Shown: positions 49,999 through 60,623 of the stretch, in pieces | Position numbering within the stretch: position 1 is the first letter of the stretch | Layout of the letters: each line of letters starts with the position of its first letter | Assembly (NCBI GenBank): GCA_031414595.1 | Contig: JANNVX010000001.1 | Span: 9,132-73,131 of the forward strand | Length of the DNA stretch: 64,000 nt | Direction: 5' to 3' | From: Deinococcales bacterium | GTDB taxonomy: Bacteria > Deinococcota > Deinococci > Deinococcales > JAAFIG01 | The notes under the pieces: model-generated | Databases searched by the model: none | Told to the model about the DNA's origin: nothing | What the model saw: the letters and a program-made list of their open reading frames with translations, nothing else | Translations under genes and position numbers: made by a program

Positions 49999-51072
49999 TT
50001 AAAGCGGGAAAATTCTATTCGCCCATTGCTTGGGGTCGGTGGCTTCGGCACGAACTCGCATTTCCCAGTGCAAATGTGGTCCAGTGCTAAAACCAGAGTT
50101 GCCCACTTTGCCAATCAGTTGCCCTTTTTTAACCCGTTGCCCAACTTTGACCAAAATCTGGCTCTGATGAAAGTATAAACTGACCACCCCAGCCCCGTGG
50201 TTAATGCCACTCAGTCCACCACGAATCGGGTAGAACCCTGCCACTTCAACAATACCGTCGTTGCTGGCGTAAATCGGGTCATTCATTTTCCCTGCTAGGT
50301 CTAGTCCATAATGATAATTGACCAAATCATCTTTTTTGTAAAACCGAGCTTGGGCAAAAGGACTGGTAAAGACCTGCGGACGCGGATAGACAAAGGGCTT
50401 ATTCCATAAACGGGTTGTACTTTCCGATTTTTTGTGGGCAGCATTAAGGATACTACGTTCTCGAGCGCGGTTTTCTTCGGTCAGGGTGGACAGCACCGAT
50501 TGGCTCATAAAGACGTTCTGCACCGCTTGTGGGTCTGGTAATAACTTGATACTCGAGTTAATCACCTCGCCGCCAAGGTTGGCTTGAATCGGAATCACCT
50601 TGGGTTTTTCGCCCAGCAGTTCACGTCCTATTCCCACCCAGTCTTTGTCATCTAGGGTCATAACCAACTCTTCTTTTCCCCAATAAACAACGGGTCTACC
50701 CGCAATCACACCCTTGAGCCGAATCAGCACAGGGTCGCCCGGAATCGCCGCTTCGCGGTGAGTTAGGCTCGAGCCAACCCCGATACCTTTGATGGTGACA
50801 AGTTTCCAACGGCTCGAGCTAGGTGCAGTAACCCGTAATGAGCTAGGCGCGGGTGGAGTCTGGCTCATTACGGCTCGGTCTGGGACTTCTAATTTTTGCC
50901 CAAGACGAATTTCGTTACTGCCAAGGTTATTTAAGCGCTTTAATTCGTCCACTGTAATGCCGTAAGTTCGAGCAATGCTAAAGAGCGTATCGCCAGACTG
51001 GACAGTGTAGGTGCTTGCCAAGGCGACAACACTTGAAACCAAAAGAAGCACAGCCAGCCAAGGTTTTTTCAC
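49999..51072 (-). CDS. LysM + M23 peptidase
   Basis: YTVQSGDTL LysM; H.GLD, STGPHLHWE. Confidence 0.92.
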   Translation of the reverse strand: MKKPWLAVLLLVSSVVALASTYTVQSGDTLFSIARTYGITVDELKRLNNLGSNEIRLGQKLEVPDRAVMSQTPPAPSSLRVTAPSSSRWKLVTIKGIGVGSSLTHREAAIPGDPVLIRLKGVIAGRPVVYWGKEELVMTLDDKDWVGIGRELLGEKPKVIPIQANLGGEVINSSIKLLPDPQAVQNVFMSQSVLSTLTEENRARERSILNAAHKKSESTTRLWNKPFVYPRPQVFTSPFAQARFYKKDDLVNYHYGLDLAGKMNDPIYASNDGIVEVAGFYPIRGGLSGINHGAGVVSLYFHQSQILVKVGQRVKKGQLIGKVGNSGFSTGPHLHWEMRVRAEATDPKQWANRIFPL

Positions 51073-51094
51073 GTCAACAGTCTAACCTGTGCAA

Positions 51095-53002
51095 TCAGTT
51101 AAAAACTCGAGAAGCCACCACTTTAGGGCTGGCGGCTAAGCCTTTCCAAACTTCTGGGGTCTCGAGCAATTCGAGTTTGGCGAGTTCTTTAGCCGCCGAG
51201 ATATTCACACCCCAAGTTCGGTAACTCTGAGATTTTACTGGATTGGCTGCTTCTGGGTTGATATCTGAGCTAAACCAACCCCTAAAACCTGTTTGCAAGA
51301 CCATCCACTGTTCACTCGAGTCCTTAAAAGTGATTTTTAAGCTGTAATCACAGCCGCTATTGCGACAATACCAAGGGTTTAGACTGGTGTCTGGAACGAT
51401 AGAAGCAAGGTCGGCTGGGTTTTTTGGGTCTATGACACGGCGTAAATTACCTGTGTAGTTAATTGGTTCGTAAATCTGGGTCGTGTCTGGATTATAAGTA
51501 ATGGTGTCTTGGTAACTGAGTTTGGGTTTGGCGACATCTTCGGTAAAGGTGTCCGCAATACTGGCAAGGTTGGCGCTGATAACAATGCTTCGGACTGGCA
51601 CATCTCGAGTGATTGGTAAACCATTGTCTAAACCGTACAGTCCCTTATTGGTGGTTTTGGTTTCGACTGGCACAAGACTCGAGTCTAGGCTGTCCCAACG
51701 GCTGTAGCCAGTTGGCGAATTGGGATTAAGAAATACCCGTCCGCTGTTGTAAGTGCGTTGGTTATTGCTAATGGTGGTTGTGCCTTCAAAGTAGTGTTGG
51801 ATTAAACTGGCGTTAAAATCCGAGAACATCGTGTACTTATCACCAGCCGCTTGGTCGCCCGCGCCAGACTGCATTGGGTCTTGTTTAATACAACGTAATT
51901 GCACATCAAATTGCCGCCCCATTGGGAAATTATCGGTGGCACAATTTTTGAAGGTACTGGCAGAACTCGGTACAGTTGGCGCGAGAAATTGGTTTTTTTG
52001 TTGGTCATAGCCCCAACTCGAGCCTTTTAAGCTGCCGCCAATATAGGGGTAATTACCAGCCACATAACCATCGTTGGCATGGGGCATTCCAAAAGCATGA
52101 CCCGCCTCGTGAACAAAAATACCCGCGTAGGCATAATCGCCTGTGCCAAGGTTGCCGCCGCCTAAACCACCACCGGGGCTGCTGTACTGCCCTGCTTGGT
52201 TTGCCATCAATAACGGAGCATAATAATGGCTGCTGAGCGAATCATCACCATTGGCATTTCGGATTGCACTTAAGGTATTTAGAATGGCACTCATGACTGC
52301 AAAACCATCGCCTTGTTGTTCTTTGTACAGCACTTTTTGGGCAGCTCGTCCTTCTCGCGGAGCAACCACGATGTATGACCAAACCACTTTTTGGGCGGCA
52401 TGGTTCTGAATTTGCAAATTGGCTATCGGGTGCTTGGCAAAGTATTCGTCTTTGGTGGCTTGATTGGCTGTAGCAGTTTGACTTAGAGGCACAGCCGTTT
52501 CGTTCAAGCCAAATAAATAAAATGGCAAGGTCTGGATTGTAAATTCACTTGGTGCGCCAACCCGAACCGCTTGGGAGGCAGAAAACTGCCCACCAGACCG
52601 AACCCGCAATTCTAGCCCCGGTTGAACCCAAGTTTTCTCGAGCCGAGCCGAATACGCTGTGCTGCTGTACGCCACGCCAGCCGATTCTGTTTTGGGCAAA
52701 GCACTGGGCGGCTCGAGGGCAACCTCAGCTATTTTTTGACCAGCCACCAAGGCTTCTAGGACTGGATTTTTTAGCTCTTGACTGGGGTCAAAACCCAGCA
52801 GCACCAAGGCTTCGCGGTTTCCCACCAAATGGAGGTTGTACTTGGCTAATTTTTCGCCAGCCCAGCTTTTACCTTGTGGTGGTACAACATGAGTTTGGGC
52901 TAACTCGAGTTGGCTAATGATTGGGACTATAGCTGTTTGGGCAAGGGGGCTACAAGCAACAAAAGCAAAAGCGCTCAGGGATAAAACGATGGATTTGAAC
53001 AT
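51095..53002 (-). CDS. M66-family (StcE/TagA-like) zinc metalloprotease lipoprotein
   Basis: FVAC lipobox; LAQTHV, GGGLGG, HEAGHAFGMPH, SWGYD, QDPMQSG. Confidence 0.75.
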   Translation of the reverse strand: MFKSIVLSLSAFAFVACSPLAQTAIVPIISQLELAQTHVVPPQGKSWAGEKLAKYNLHLVGNREALVLLGFDPSQELKNPVLEALVAGQKIAEVALEPPSALPKTESAGVAYSSTAYSARLEKTWVQPGLELRVRSGGQFSASQAVRVGAPSEFTIQTLPFYLFGLNETAVPLSQTATANQATKDEYFAKHPIANLQIQNHAAQKVVWSYIVVAPREGRAAQKVLYKEQQGDGFAVMSAILNTLSAIRNANGDDSLSSHYYAPLLMANQAGQYSSPGGGLGGGNLGTGDYAYAGIFVHEAGHAFGMPHANDGYVAGNYPYIGGSLKGSSWGYDQQKNQFLAPTVPSSASTFKNCATDNFPMGRQFDVQLRCIKQDPMQSGAGDQAAGDKYTMFSDFNASLIQHYFEGTTTISNNQRTYNSGRVFLNPNSPTGYSRWDSLDSSLVPVETKTTNKGLYGLDNGLPITRDVPVRSIVISANLASIADTFTEDVAKPKLSYQDTITYNPDTTQIYEPINYTGNLRRVIDPKNPADLASIVPDTSLNPWYCRNSGCDYSLKITFKDSSEQWMVLQTGFRGWFSSDINPEAANPVKSQSYRTWGVNISAAKELAKLELLETPEVWKGLAASPKVVASRVFN

Positions 53003-53122
53003 GCAAACTGCTCCTAGAAAAACTGATATTCGCACAGTCTAAGCGGCTGTTGGTCTCATGTCTGTGAAATTTAACCATTTGCATAGAGGCGAAAAGTTGC
53101 TAAACCGCGTATACTGTGCAAT

Positions 53123-55027
53123 GTGAGCCAAACCGATCCGCAACTTCTGGTAGAACTGTACGAGTATAAGGTGGCTGATATGCTCGAGCGTCGTGACCCA
53201 CGCGGCGGTAAGCAATCGGTGCGCGAATTGCGCGATGTTTTGAGCAGTACCACCATGAGCAGCCAATTGATGCGGCGTTTCCGCACGGCTGATCGCAATT
53301 TACGTGAAAAAAGTGCCGCCCCGGTCAGTAACATGCAGGTGATTGAGCCTCAAGGTCTCGAGATTGGGATTGGCGAAGGGTTTTTATTGACCGAAGCTGC
53401 CCCTGCCAACATCAACGAAGTACCACAAGTGCCAGAATTCTTAGACGAAGAAGGCGAAGTGCTGCGGGTTTTGGGGATGCGGGTCTGGCGGGCAGAACAA
53501 AACGAAGAATTGCTCGAGCAAGGTAAAAAATGGCGTTCAGAAACCAATCGTCCAGTGCTTCGTCTGATTTATGCGGTGCTGCATAACCTTGACCAGTATG
53601 CCGAACAACCGACCTTTGTTTCGGATTTGAATTTATCAAAATTAAAAGTCGCTTCGGCTGTTCCAGACCCCAATGACAATGTGATTCGACTCTCCGATGG
53701 CGAGGCTGTAGACGGCTTAATGAGTTCCTTGCTGCATCATATTGTGGATTTCTCGGTTGAATACCCAAAAATTCGTTTGCCAGAAACCGAGGTGTTAGCC
53801 TACCTACGGCGTTTTGCGATGGCAGTCGCCAACGACCATTTGGCGGGCGAAGCCCCGCCACCAGTTCAACCCAGCCCCAGAGAAATCACCAATGCCATAG
53901 ACCAAGTGCGGCGCGAAAACATGAACCCCGAAGCCAAATCGGAGATGCTTAGTAAATTAAATCGGCAACTTGAACAAGCCACCGCTAAGGAACGTGAGCA
54001 AGCCCAAGGCTTACAAAACGAACGCAAAATGTTACTGGCAGCCGTGGAAACTTTATTTGGGCATTTGATTGAACGCTTACCGGCTCGTTACGGTGGCAAG
54101 GACAAAGACATTGTGTACCCTGCTCAGGTCTACGGAGCGCAATCTGAAAGCCGCCGACTCGAGACGATTCTGCCCGACACCCGCCAATTGGTGCTGCGTT
54201 TAACCCGTAGTACCGAACTACAGTTTGGCAACACCAATTTACAACTGATTAACCGCCCAGAAGGTTGGGTGATTGCCCTTGGTGAAGCCGAATACCCAAT
54301 TCAAAATGGGGCAGTTATTCCACTCGAGGGTCGTGAAATTCGTATTTTTACCGATACGGCTGGAGCAACCCCTTATGTGCTGATGCAGCTTCGAGACCGA
54401 GATGGTGGCGGTTTATGGCATTTACTTGCCATTGCCAAATGCACCGCCGTGCTGCTCGACCCAACCTATAACTTTATGAACATGCGTTTAATGCGAGCCA
54501 CGGTTTCTTGGATTAGGGACAGACGCATTGAACCACGCGAATATCACCCCGAGACTGGCACAACCTATGCCACAGCACCCGAAGAAAACCTCTTAAAATA
54601 TGCCCGTAATGCTTCCGAAAAAATTTTAGAACGCCTCTTGCGCTCACCGGCTGGCACACTCGAGAAGAGCTTTGCCACCGCCGCCGAAGTGCTGAACGAA
54701 GATGACAGCCCCAGCCGTGCTGATGTGCTGGCAAAAATCTTTGCCCAAGCCATGAACACCCAAACAGGTGAATTTACCGAAGGATTGGATTTACGTTCAC
54801 CTGAAGAAGTGATTCTGGTTTCTTACCGAGGCGAACCTGTGACGGTGCGAATCATGGGACGAGCCTTTACGATTCGTACCGATAACCTAGGCAAGATGTA
54901 TGCCTTTGCGCCCGGCGCGGGCGGACGTGCTTTTGACGATGTGCTATCGGTGATTGTTCCCGGCGGTTTTGTGATGTTTGCTAGGGACGGCTTAAGAATT
55001 GCAGTTGGGTTTTTACCGACACCATGA
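53123..55027 (+). CDS. Hypothetical protein with coiled-coil segment
   Basis: 634-aa ORF; TATACT 7 nt before GTG. Confidence 0.75.
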   Translation: MSQTDPQLLVELYEYKVADMLERRDPRGGKQSVRELRDVLSSTTMSSQLMRRFRTADRNLREKSAAPVSNMQVIEPQGLEIGIGEGFLLTEAAPANINEVPQVPEFLDEEGEVLRVLGMRVWRAEQNEELLEQGKKWRSETNRPVLRLIYAVLHNLDQYAEQPTFVSDLNLSKLKVASAVPDPNDNVIRLSDGEAVDGLMSSLLHHIVDFSVEYPKIRLPETEVLAYLRRFAMAVANDHLAGEAPPPVQPSPREITNAIDQVRRENMNPEAKSEMLSKLNRQLEQATAKEREQAQGLQNERKMLLAAVETLFGHLIERLPARYGGKDKDIVYPAQVYGAQSESRRLETILPDTRQLVLRLTRSTELQFGNTNLQLINRPEGWVIALGEAEYPIQNGAVIPLEGREIRIFTDTAGATPYVLMQLRDRDGGGLWHLLAIAKCTAVLLDPTYNFMNMRLMRATVSWIRDRRIEPREYHPETGTTYATAPEENLLKYARNASEKILERLLRSPAGTLEKSFATAAEVLNEDDSPSRADVLAKIFAQAMNTQTGEFTEGLDLRSPEEVILVSYRGEPVTVRIMGRAFTIRTDNLGKMYAFAPGAGGRAFDDVLSVIVPGGFVMFARDGLRIAVGFLPTP

Positions 55028-55152
55028 TGGCGACTAGTTGCTAGTTTTTGGTGTTCTAAACGCATTTCTTTGATATGTTTAGTTCTGTTTACGAATCGAA
55101 TGACTCGAGTGACCACGCTCTAAACAAGAAATGTAATACAATCACCAAAGTC

Positions 55153-55575
55153 ATGAGCGTCTCACTGCATATCAAAGCCGACCTAAGCCACGTTCGGGGT
55201 TGTCTCGAGTCGTTGCTGCTGCCCGAATCGATGATGATTCTTGTGCCGCGCCAAGACTGGGTAAGTATTTACGCCGAACAGTTGTCTGAGGACATCAGCG
55301 ACATCGAAGAACTGGCTGTGCCACTTTCAGACCTCGCCGAAGTTCTGGCGGTTATTAGTGAGCGTTACACCGAAGTCTACCGTTTTTCAAAAGGCGCACT
55401 GCACAGCCTAGAACACCAAATCCCCACTGAACTGCCTCGAGAAGCCATCAGCGAACTCAGTACCATCCAAACCCTGTCTCGAGCCGGACTCTTGCCAGAC
55501 GGCAGCCAGACCTTTGAAAAAGAAGCCGAGAAGCCCGGACTTGCCGAGTTCTTTGGACGCAGTGAAGATGAATAG
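55153..55575 (+). CDS. Hypothetical acidic protein
   Basis: ORF with probable ATG 55153. Confidence 0.6.
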   Translation: MSVSLHIKADLSHVRGCLESLLLPESMMILVPRQDWVSIYAEQLSEDISDIEELAVPLSDLAEVLAVISERYTEVYRFSKGALHSLEHQIPTELPREAISELSTIQTLSRAGLLPDGSQTFEKEAEKPGLAEFFGRSEDE

Positions 55576-55624
55576 GCGAAAGGCGAAAGGCGAAAGTAAA
55601 ACCTTTGCCCTTCGCCCTTTGCCT
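55574..55624. repeat. Heptamer tandem/inverted repeat (AGGCGAA)x3...(TTTGCCC/TTCGCCC)
   Basis: Between convergent genes; can form a hairpin. Confidence 0.8.
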
Positions 55625-57188
55625 ACAAAGGTATGTTGTCGTGCTTTTTGAAGGGGCGTTCTTCGCGTTTACCGTGTAACATCTCGAGGTGCATGATTAA
55701 ATGAATTCGGGTGTCTTCGGGATGGATGACATCATCTATGTAGCCCCTTGCCGCCGCCACATAAGGGTTGTCAAAGGCTTGTTTGTACTCGGCAATTTTT
55801 TCGGCTCGAGTGGCAGCTTGGTTGTCGGACTTTAGGATTTCTCGGCGGTAAATAATGTTGGCTGCACCTTCTGCACCCATAACCGCAACCGCCGCGTTTG
55901 GATAGGCGAGGACAACATCTGCGCCCATGTCGCGGCTGTTCATGGCAAGGTACGCCCCACCATAAGATTTTCGGGTAATTAAAGTAATTTTTGGCACGCT
56001 GGCTTCGGCATAGGCATAAAGCATTTTTGCACCGTGACGAATAATGCCTTGGTGTTCTTGGGTCACGCCGGGTAAAAAACCCGTTACATCTACTAAGGTC
56101 ACAATCGGCAGGTTATAGCAATCGCAAGTGCGAATAAAGCGAGCGGCTTTGTCGGAGGCATCAATGTTCAGAACGCCTGCCATAAAACGTGGATTGTTGG
56201 CAACAATGCCTACCGAACGCCCACCCAGACGAGCAAAACCACAAATCATGTTCTTGGCAAAATCAGGTTGAATCTCTAAAAAATCCGAGTCGTCCACGAT
56301 TTCATGAATCACCTCGAGCATCGGATAAGGTTTACGTTGGTCTGGATGGACAATCTCGAGGATACGTGGGGTTTTACGTTGCTTTGGGTCTTTGGAGACT
56401 TGCAAAGGCGTTTCTTCTCTGGCGTTCGCTGGTAAATACGACAACAACAATTTTATTTTCTCGAGAACATCACGGTCATTGTTTCCCTCGAGATGACAAA
56501 CCCCGCTTTTGGTGCTGTGAACATCCGCTCCACCCAATTCTTCAAAACTGACATCTTCTCGAGTGACGCTTTTAATCACTTCGGGACCAGTGATAAACAT
56601 ATAACTGCTGCCTCGAGCCATGACCACAAAATCGGTTAAAGCTGGGCTGTAAACCGCACCACCCGCACAAGGACCTAGAATCGCACTGATTTGCGGCACA
56701 ACCCCGCTATAAATGGCATTGCGATAAAAAATTTCGCCGTACCCAGACAGGCTATCCACGCCTTCTTGAATTCGTGCGCCCGCCGAGTCGTTCAAGCCAA
56801 CAATTGGACAACCGACCTTGACCGCTAAATCCATGACCTTGGTGATTTTAGCCGCATTCATTTTGCCTAAAGACCCACCTAGCACCGTAAAATCCTGCGA
56901 GAACACACAGACTTTGCGCCCGTTCACTGTCCCAAACCCCGTGACCACACCCTCGCCGGGGGCTTCTACGCCAGCCATGAGGTTAGACTCGAGGTGTTCG
57001 ACAAAAACACTGGTTTCGACAAAACTGTTTTCGTCTAGCAGCACTTCAATCCGTTCTCGAGCGGTCAGTTTACCTTGGTCTCGTTGCTTTTTTTGTTTTT
57101 CGAGACCACCACCAAGGTGTAGCGCTTTGCGGCGCTCTTCCATTTCAGCGAGGGCGGCTTGAAAAAAACCAACAGCATTATCGGGCAT
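55623..57188 (-). CDS. pccB: Acyl-CoA (propionyl-CoA) carboxylase carboxyltransferase subunit
   Basis: GKLTARERI, DFTVLGGSLG, DSAGARIQEG, RKSYGGAY, KKHDNIPL. Confidence 0.93.
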   Translation of the reverse strand: MPDNAVGFFQAALAEMEERRKALHLGGGLEKQKKQRDQGKLTARERIEVLLDENSFVETSVFVEHLESNLMAGVEAPGEGVVTGFGTVNGRKVCVFSQDFTVLGGSLGKMNAAKITKVMDLAVKVGCPIVGLNDSAGARIQEGVDSLSGYGEIFYRNAIYSGVVPQISAILGPCAGGAVYSPALTDFVVMARGSSYMFITGPEVIKSVTREDVSFEELGGADVHSTKSGVCHLEGNNDRDVLEKIKLLLSYLPANAREETPLQVSKDPKQRKTPRILEIVHPDQRKPYPMLEVIHEIVDDSDFLEIQPDFAKNMICGFARLGGRSVGIVANNPRFMAGVLNIDASDKAARFIRTCDCYNLPIVTLVDVTGFLPGVTQEHQGIIRHGAKMLYAYAEASVPKITLITRKSYGGAYLAMNSRDMGADVVLAYPNAAVAVMGAEGAANIIYRREILKSDNQAATRAEKIAEYKQAFDNPYVAAARGYIDDVIHPEDTRIHLIMHLEMLHGKREERPFKKHDNIPL

Positions 57189-57268
57189 GGGTACATTCTA
57201 ACTGGGCTGGACATCAGAAAATCAAAAATAGGTTTGTGGGCAATTGAATGCAGTACAATGTTGCCAAG

Positions 57269-58528
57269 ATGTATGTAAAAAGTGTTAAATTTACCAATTT
57301 ACGTTGCTTCAAAGCAGGAGAGTTGGATTTTCGTTATCCAGGCGATGGAGAAGTATTGCTTGATGGAGTGCCGAATAATGTGAATGTGATTCTTGGGGTG
57401 AATGCTTCGGGTAAAACCACAGTGTTAAAAGCCATCGCATTGGCGTTATTGGCGCAATTGCCATCTACAGGATTTGTACCAGATTCGCTTGTCAGACAGT
57501 ACAAAACAGCGCGTGAGGCAAAATTTGCAGAGGTAACATTAAATATCCAAGCAAATACTGAGGAAATATCACGCCTCAAAGCTCGAGTCACTAAGCATTC
57601 TCAGATAGAAGAAATTTCTTCTGAAGATACATCTCAAGATTTATCGTTTTACGAAGAAGTTTCGGTTGATTATTTTCTTGTCGCTTATGGGGCTAATCGC
57701 AGAGCCGAATCAGGTGATTTTTCTTTATCTACAAGGCGAAAATCGCGTTCAGTAAGATACGATAGAATTGCCAGTATTTTTGAAGAACATTTGGCGCTTT
57801 TACCAATTCAGTCATGGTTATATGTTGCAACTGAGCAAGAAGAACGGAAAACCAAGAGATCCATACAAAGAGATGGAGAAAGATACCGATTTTTAGATAA
57901 ACTTCTACCAAAAGATATTCAATTGCTTCTTATAAAATCTGCACAATTTCTTCAGAACGAGGTAGAAAGACAATTTACGGCATTACCAGACGGTTATCGT
58001 GCTTATATAAGTTGGTTGGTGGATTTACTGTACCAAATGAGTTCAGCTTGTCCTAAAAACGTTAAACTAGCAGAATTACAGGGTGTTGTCATGGTGGACG
58101 AAATAGACTCACATGTCCATCCGTCTTGGCAAAAAACCATTGTTTCGCAAATTGCTAATGCCTTTCCAAATCTTCAATTCATTTTTACAACCCATAGCCC
58201 AATTGTAGCTGGGTCGGTCTCGCGCCAAAATCTTTGGATTACTAAAATTGCCCCTGATGGTAGTAGCATTCTCGAGCGTCCGCATACCGAAATTTATGGT
58301 TTAAGTGCTGACCAAATTCTGACTTCTGATATTTTTGGTTTAGAATCCACTCGACCTGAAAAATTTTTGAAGCAAATGGATGCACTCGAGCAGAAAGCAG
58401 TTCGTGGTGATTCAAAAGCAGCGCTTGATTTAATGCGTGGTATGGCTTTGGGAAGAGGGGCAATTGAGTCTGAAGAAACGCCTGCTTGGGTTATACAACC
58501 CGCTAAAAAGTCTCGTAAAAAATCATGA
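57269..58528 (+). CDS. ABC-type AAA ATPase, PtuA/Septu-like
   Basis: NLRCF, GVNASGKTT, YGANR, LPDGY, VDEIDSHVHPSWQ, TTHSP. Confidence 0.82.
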   Translation: MYVKSVKFTNLRCFKAGELDFRYPGDGEVLLDGVPNNVNVILGVNASGKTTVLKAIALALLAQLPSTGFVPDSLVRQYKTAREAKFAEVTLNIQANTEEISRLKARVTKHSQIEEISSEDTSQDLSFYEEVSVDYFLVAYGANRRAESGDFSLSTRRKSRSVRYDRIASIFEEHLALLPIQSWLYVATEQEERKTKRSIQRDGERYRFLDKLLPKDIQLLLIKSAQFLQNEVERQFTALPDGYRAYISWLVDLLYQMSSACPKNVKLAELQGVVMVDEIDSHVHPSWQKTIVSQIANAFPNLQFIFTTHSPIVAGSVSRQNLWITKIAPDGSSILERPHTEIYGLSADQILTSDIFGLESTRPEKFLKQMDALEQKAVRGDSKAALDLMRGMALGRGAIESEETPAWVIQPAKKSRKKS

Positions 58529-59379
58529 TTTGGATTGAGCGTGATTTAGAAACAATAAAACGCCAAGTGGATGCACTTGTTCCAACTTGGCATTCTCGAG
58601 CCAAGCGGCGTAGCGCTAAAATCAACAAAAAAGCCGTTTACGAAGAGAAAACCTCGATTTGGAGTGAAGTCAAACCCATTTTTATGTACTTGCAGCAAAA
58701 TCGCTGTGTTTATTGTGATCGTTTTATTGCTAATTCAGAAGTAGGTTCGGTGGAACATGACCTTGAACATTATCGTCCAAAAGGTCGGGTGACGGAAGAG
58801 GATGGGAGTTACACAAGGGGTTATTATTGGTTGGCTTACGATCTCGAAAATTTTTCGGTGGCTTGTAAAACCTGTAATCAAGGCTTAAAAAAAGACAGTT
58901 TTCCTATTGCTGGAACTCGCGGTACAGTCCCTACAGCTATTAGCAGCCTGAATCAAACTGAATTGCCGTTACTTCTTTTTCCATTGGTGGATAATCCAGA
59001 TGAATTCTTAACTTTTAATGGTGTGACACCAACCCCAAAGTTTAAGCGAGGTTTGAAGCATCAACGCGCCCAAGTCACCATAGATTTTTTTCGATTAGCA
59101 GATACAGAACGCGAAGAATTGCACGATGCACGCTCACTGGCATTGGTTTTGCTCTGGCAAGCAGTTCGGAATTCAGAATTATCAACTGATGCTGCCGAGC
59201 TACAACGAAACTTGGAGTTCGTGGAAACCATGTGTAGCCCTGTATTTCCGCATTCAATGTGTACAAAAGCGTTTTATCTTCTTATAAAATCAGATCGAAT
59301 AAAAGCAGAAGAGTTCTATCTGAAAGCCCATAAGCATGTTGTTTCAAAGAAATTATTTTCCACACCTATTCAACCCTAG
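58525..59379 (+). CDS. HNH endonuclease, PtuB-like
   Basis: CVYCD, EHYRPK, YYWLAY..EN...ACKTCNQ..K...FP; ATGA overlap with the ATPase. Confidence 0.82.
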   Translation: MIWIERDLETIKRQVDALVPTWHSRAKRRSAKINKKAVYEEKTSIWSEVKPIFMYLQQNRCVYCDRFIANSEVGSVEHDLEHYRPKGRVTEEDGSYTRGYYWLAYDLENFSVACKTCNQGLKKDSFPIAGTRGTVPTAISSLNQTELPLLLFPLVDNPDEFLTFNGVTPTPKFKRGLKHQRAQVTIDFFRLADTEREELHDARSLALVLLWQAVRNSELSTDAAELQRNLEFVETMCSPVFPHSMCTKAFYLLIKSDRIKAEEFYLKAHKHVVSKKLFSTPIQP

Positions 59380-59476
59380 TATTTGCTTTGTGCAATTCAA
59401 GAGTTTTGGTATTCCCGAAGCGTTAGCCGAAGCTCCAAGGTCGCAGTAGCAACCAGACCATCAAAAGGTTATGAAG

Positions 59477-60607
59477 TTATGATGGTTTAGCTTGTTGCCA
59501 CATCTCGAGCAGTTCGGTAACAGTTCTGGCATTACTGGCTTCAATAATACTGCGGCGCGGAATATCAGTTGCGTAATCAGTCATGACGGCTGGTAAGGTC
59601 TCAGAACTTTGTGGTTGCCACCTGTCTAACCAAGTTTGCGGCACAGTATTGGGTAAATCTATGCCCTCGAGGGCTGCATAAAATTCTGCCCAGATACGCG
59701 GCACAGCATGAAGTGTGGCATACCCACCGCCACCTGTGGCTAATATCCGCCCATCCGCGTACTGTTTAGCGAGTTGCACAATTAGCCGATAAGCTCTTTT
59801 ATACCCTTGGGTGGTCAAACCCAAATCTGCTAAAGGGTCAAACTCATGCGAATCTGCCCCACCTTGAACCACCAGCACATCGGGTAAAAACCACGCCAGC
59901 GCTGGCTCGAGAATCCGTTCTAATGCCTGTAAGTACGAATCGTCTTGGGTGTACGGCTCGAGTGGCACGTTTAAGCTATAACCCATACCCGCCCCGCGTC
60001 CAAGTTCATAAGTTGCGCCCGTACCGGGAAACAAGTACCGCCCTGTTTCATGCAGCGAAATCGTCAACACATTGTTGTCGGTATAATGCAGCCACTGCAC
60101 CCCGTCACCATGATGTGCGTCTATGTCCAAGTAGGCAATTCGCAAACCCAGTCCTGTCAAATACCGAATGGCAATGGATAGGTCGTTGTAGACACAAAAA
60201 CCACTGCCCGAAGCAAATTGGGCATGGTGCAAACCACCGGCTAAACTTAGCACTCGAGAAGTTACCCCCGTAGCAATCAACCGTGCTGCCTCGAGCGTGC
60301 CACCACAAACCGAGGCTGTGGCATCGTGCATCCCCAAAAAAATTGGCGTATCGGAAGTCCCAATGCCGTACTCGAGCGCGTCTGGTACAGGTTCGCCACC
60401 CGAAGCCCGCATCACCCGTTGGACATAACCGCGTGAATGGGTGCTTAAAATATCTTCTAGGCTGGCGGCTTGAAAATCTTGGACTTGCAAAGGCAGACCA
60501 AAACACTCAAGCAAATGCTTGACCGCTTCGGGGCGAATACTCTTAAATGGATGATGCTGCCCAAGGTCGTAAGAAAGGGTTTGTGGATTATGCAAAAAAA
60601 TCGTCAC
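59477..60607 (-). CDS. acuC: Acetoin utilization deacetylase (HDAC family)
   Basis: HHPF, GGLHHA, SGFCVYND, DIDAHHGDG, SLHE, GGGGY. Confidence 0.9.
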   Translation of the reverse strand: MTIFLHNPQTLSYDLGQHHPFKSIRPEAVKHLLECFGLPLQVQDFQAASLEDILSTHSRGYVQRVMRASGGEPVPDALEYGIGTSDTPIFLGMHDATASVCGGTLEAARLIATGVTSRVLSLAGGLHHAQFASGSGFCVYNDLSIAIRYLTGLGLRIAYLDIDAHHGDGVQWLHYTDNNVLTISLHETGRYLFPGTGATYELGRGAGMGYSLNVPLEPYTQDDSYLQALERILEPALAWFLPDVLVVQGGADSHEFDPLADLGLTTQGYKRAYRLIVQLAKQYADGRILATGGGGYATLHAVPRIWAEFYAALEGIDLPNTVPQTWLDRWQPQSSETLPAVMTDYATDIPRRSIIEASNARTVTELLEMWQQAKPS

Positions 60608-60623
60608 TGACAACCTCGAGCCT

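Noticed and set aside
57190-59470. Retron (Ec78-like)
   Set aside because: No reverse transcriptase ORF, and too little flanking space for msr-msd.
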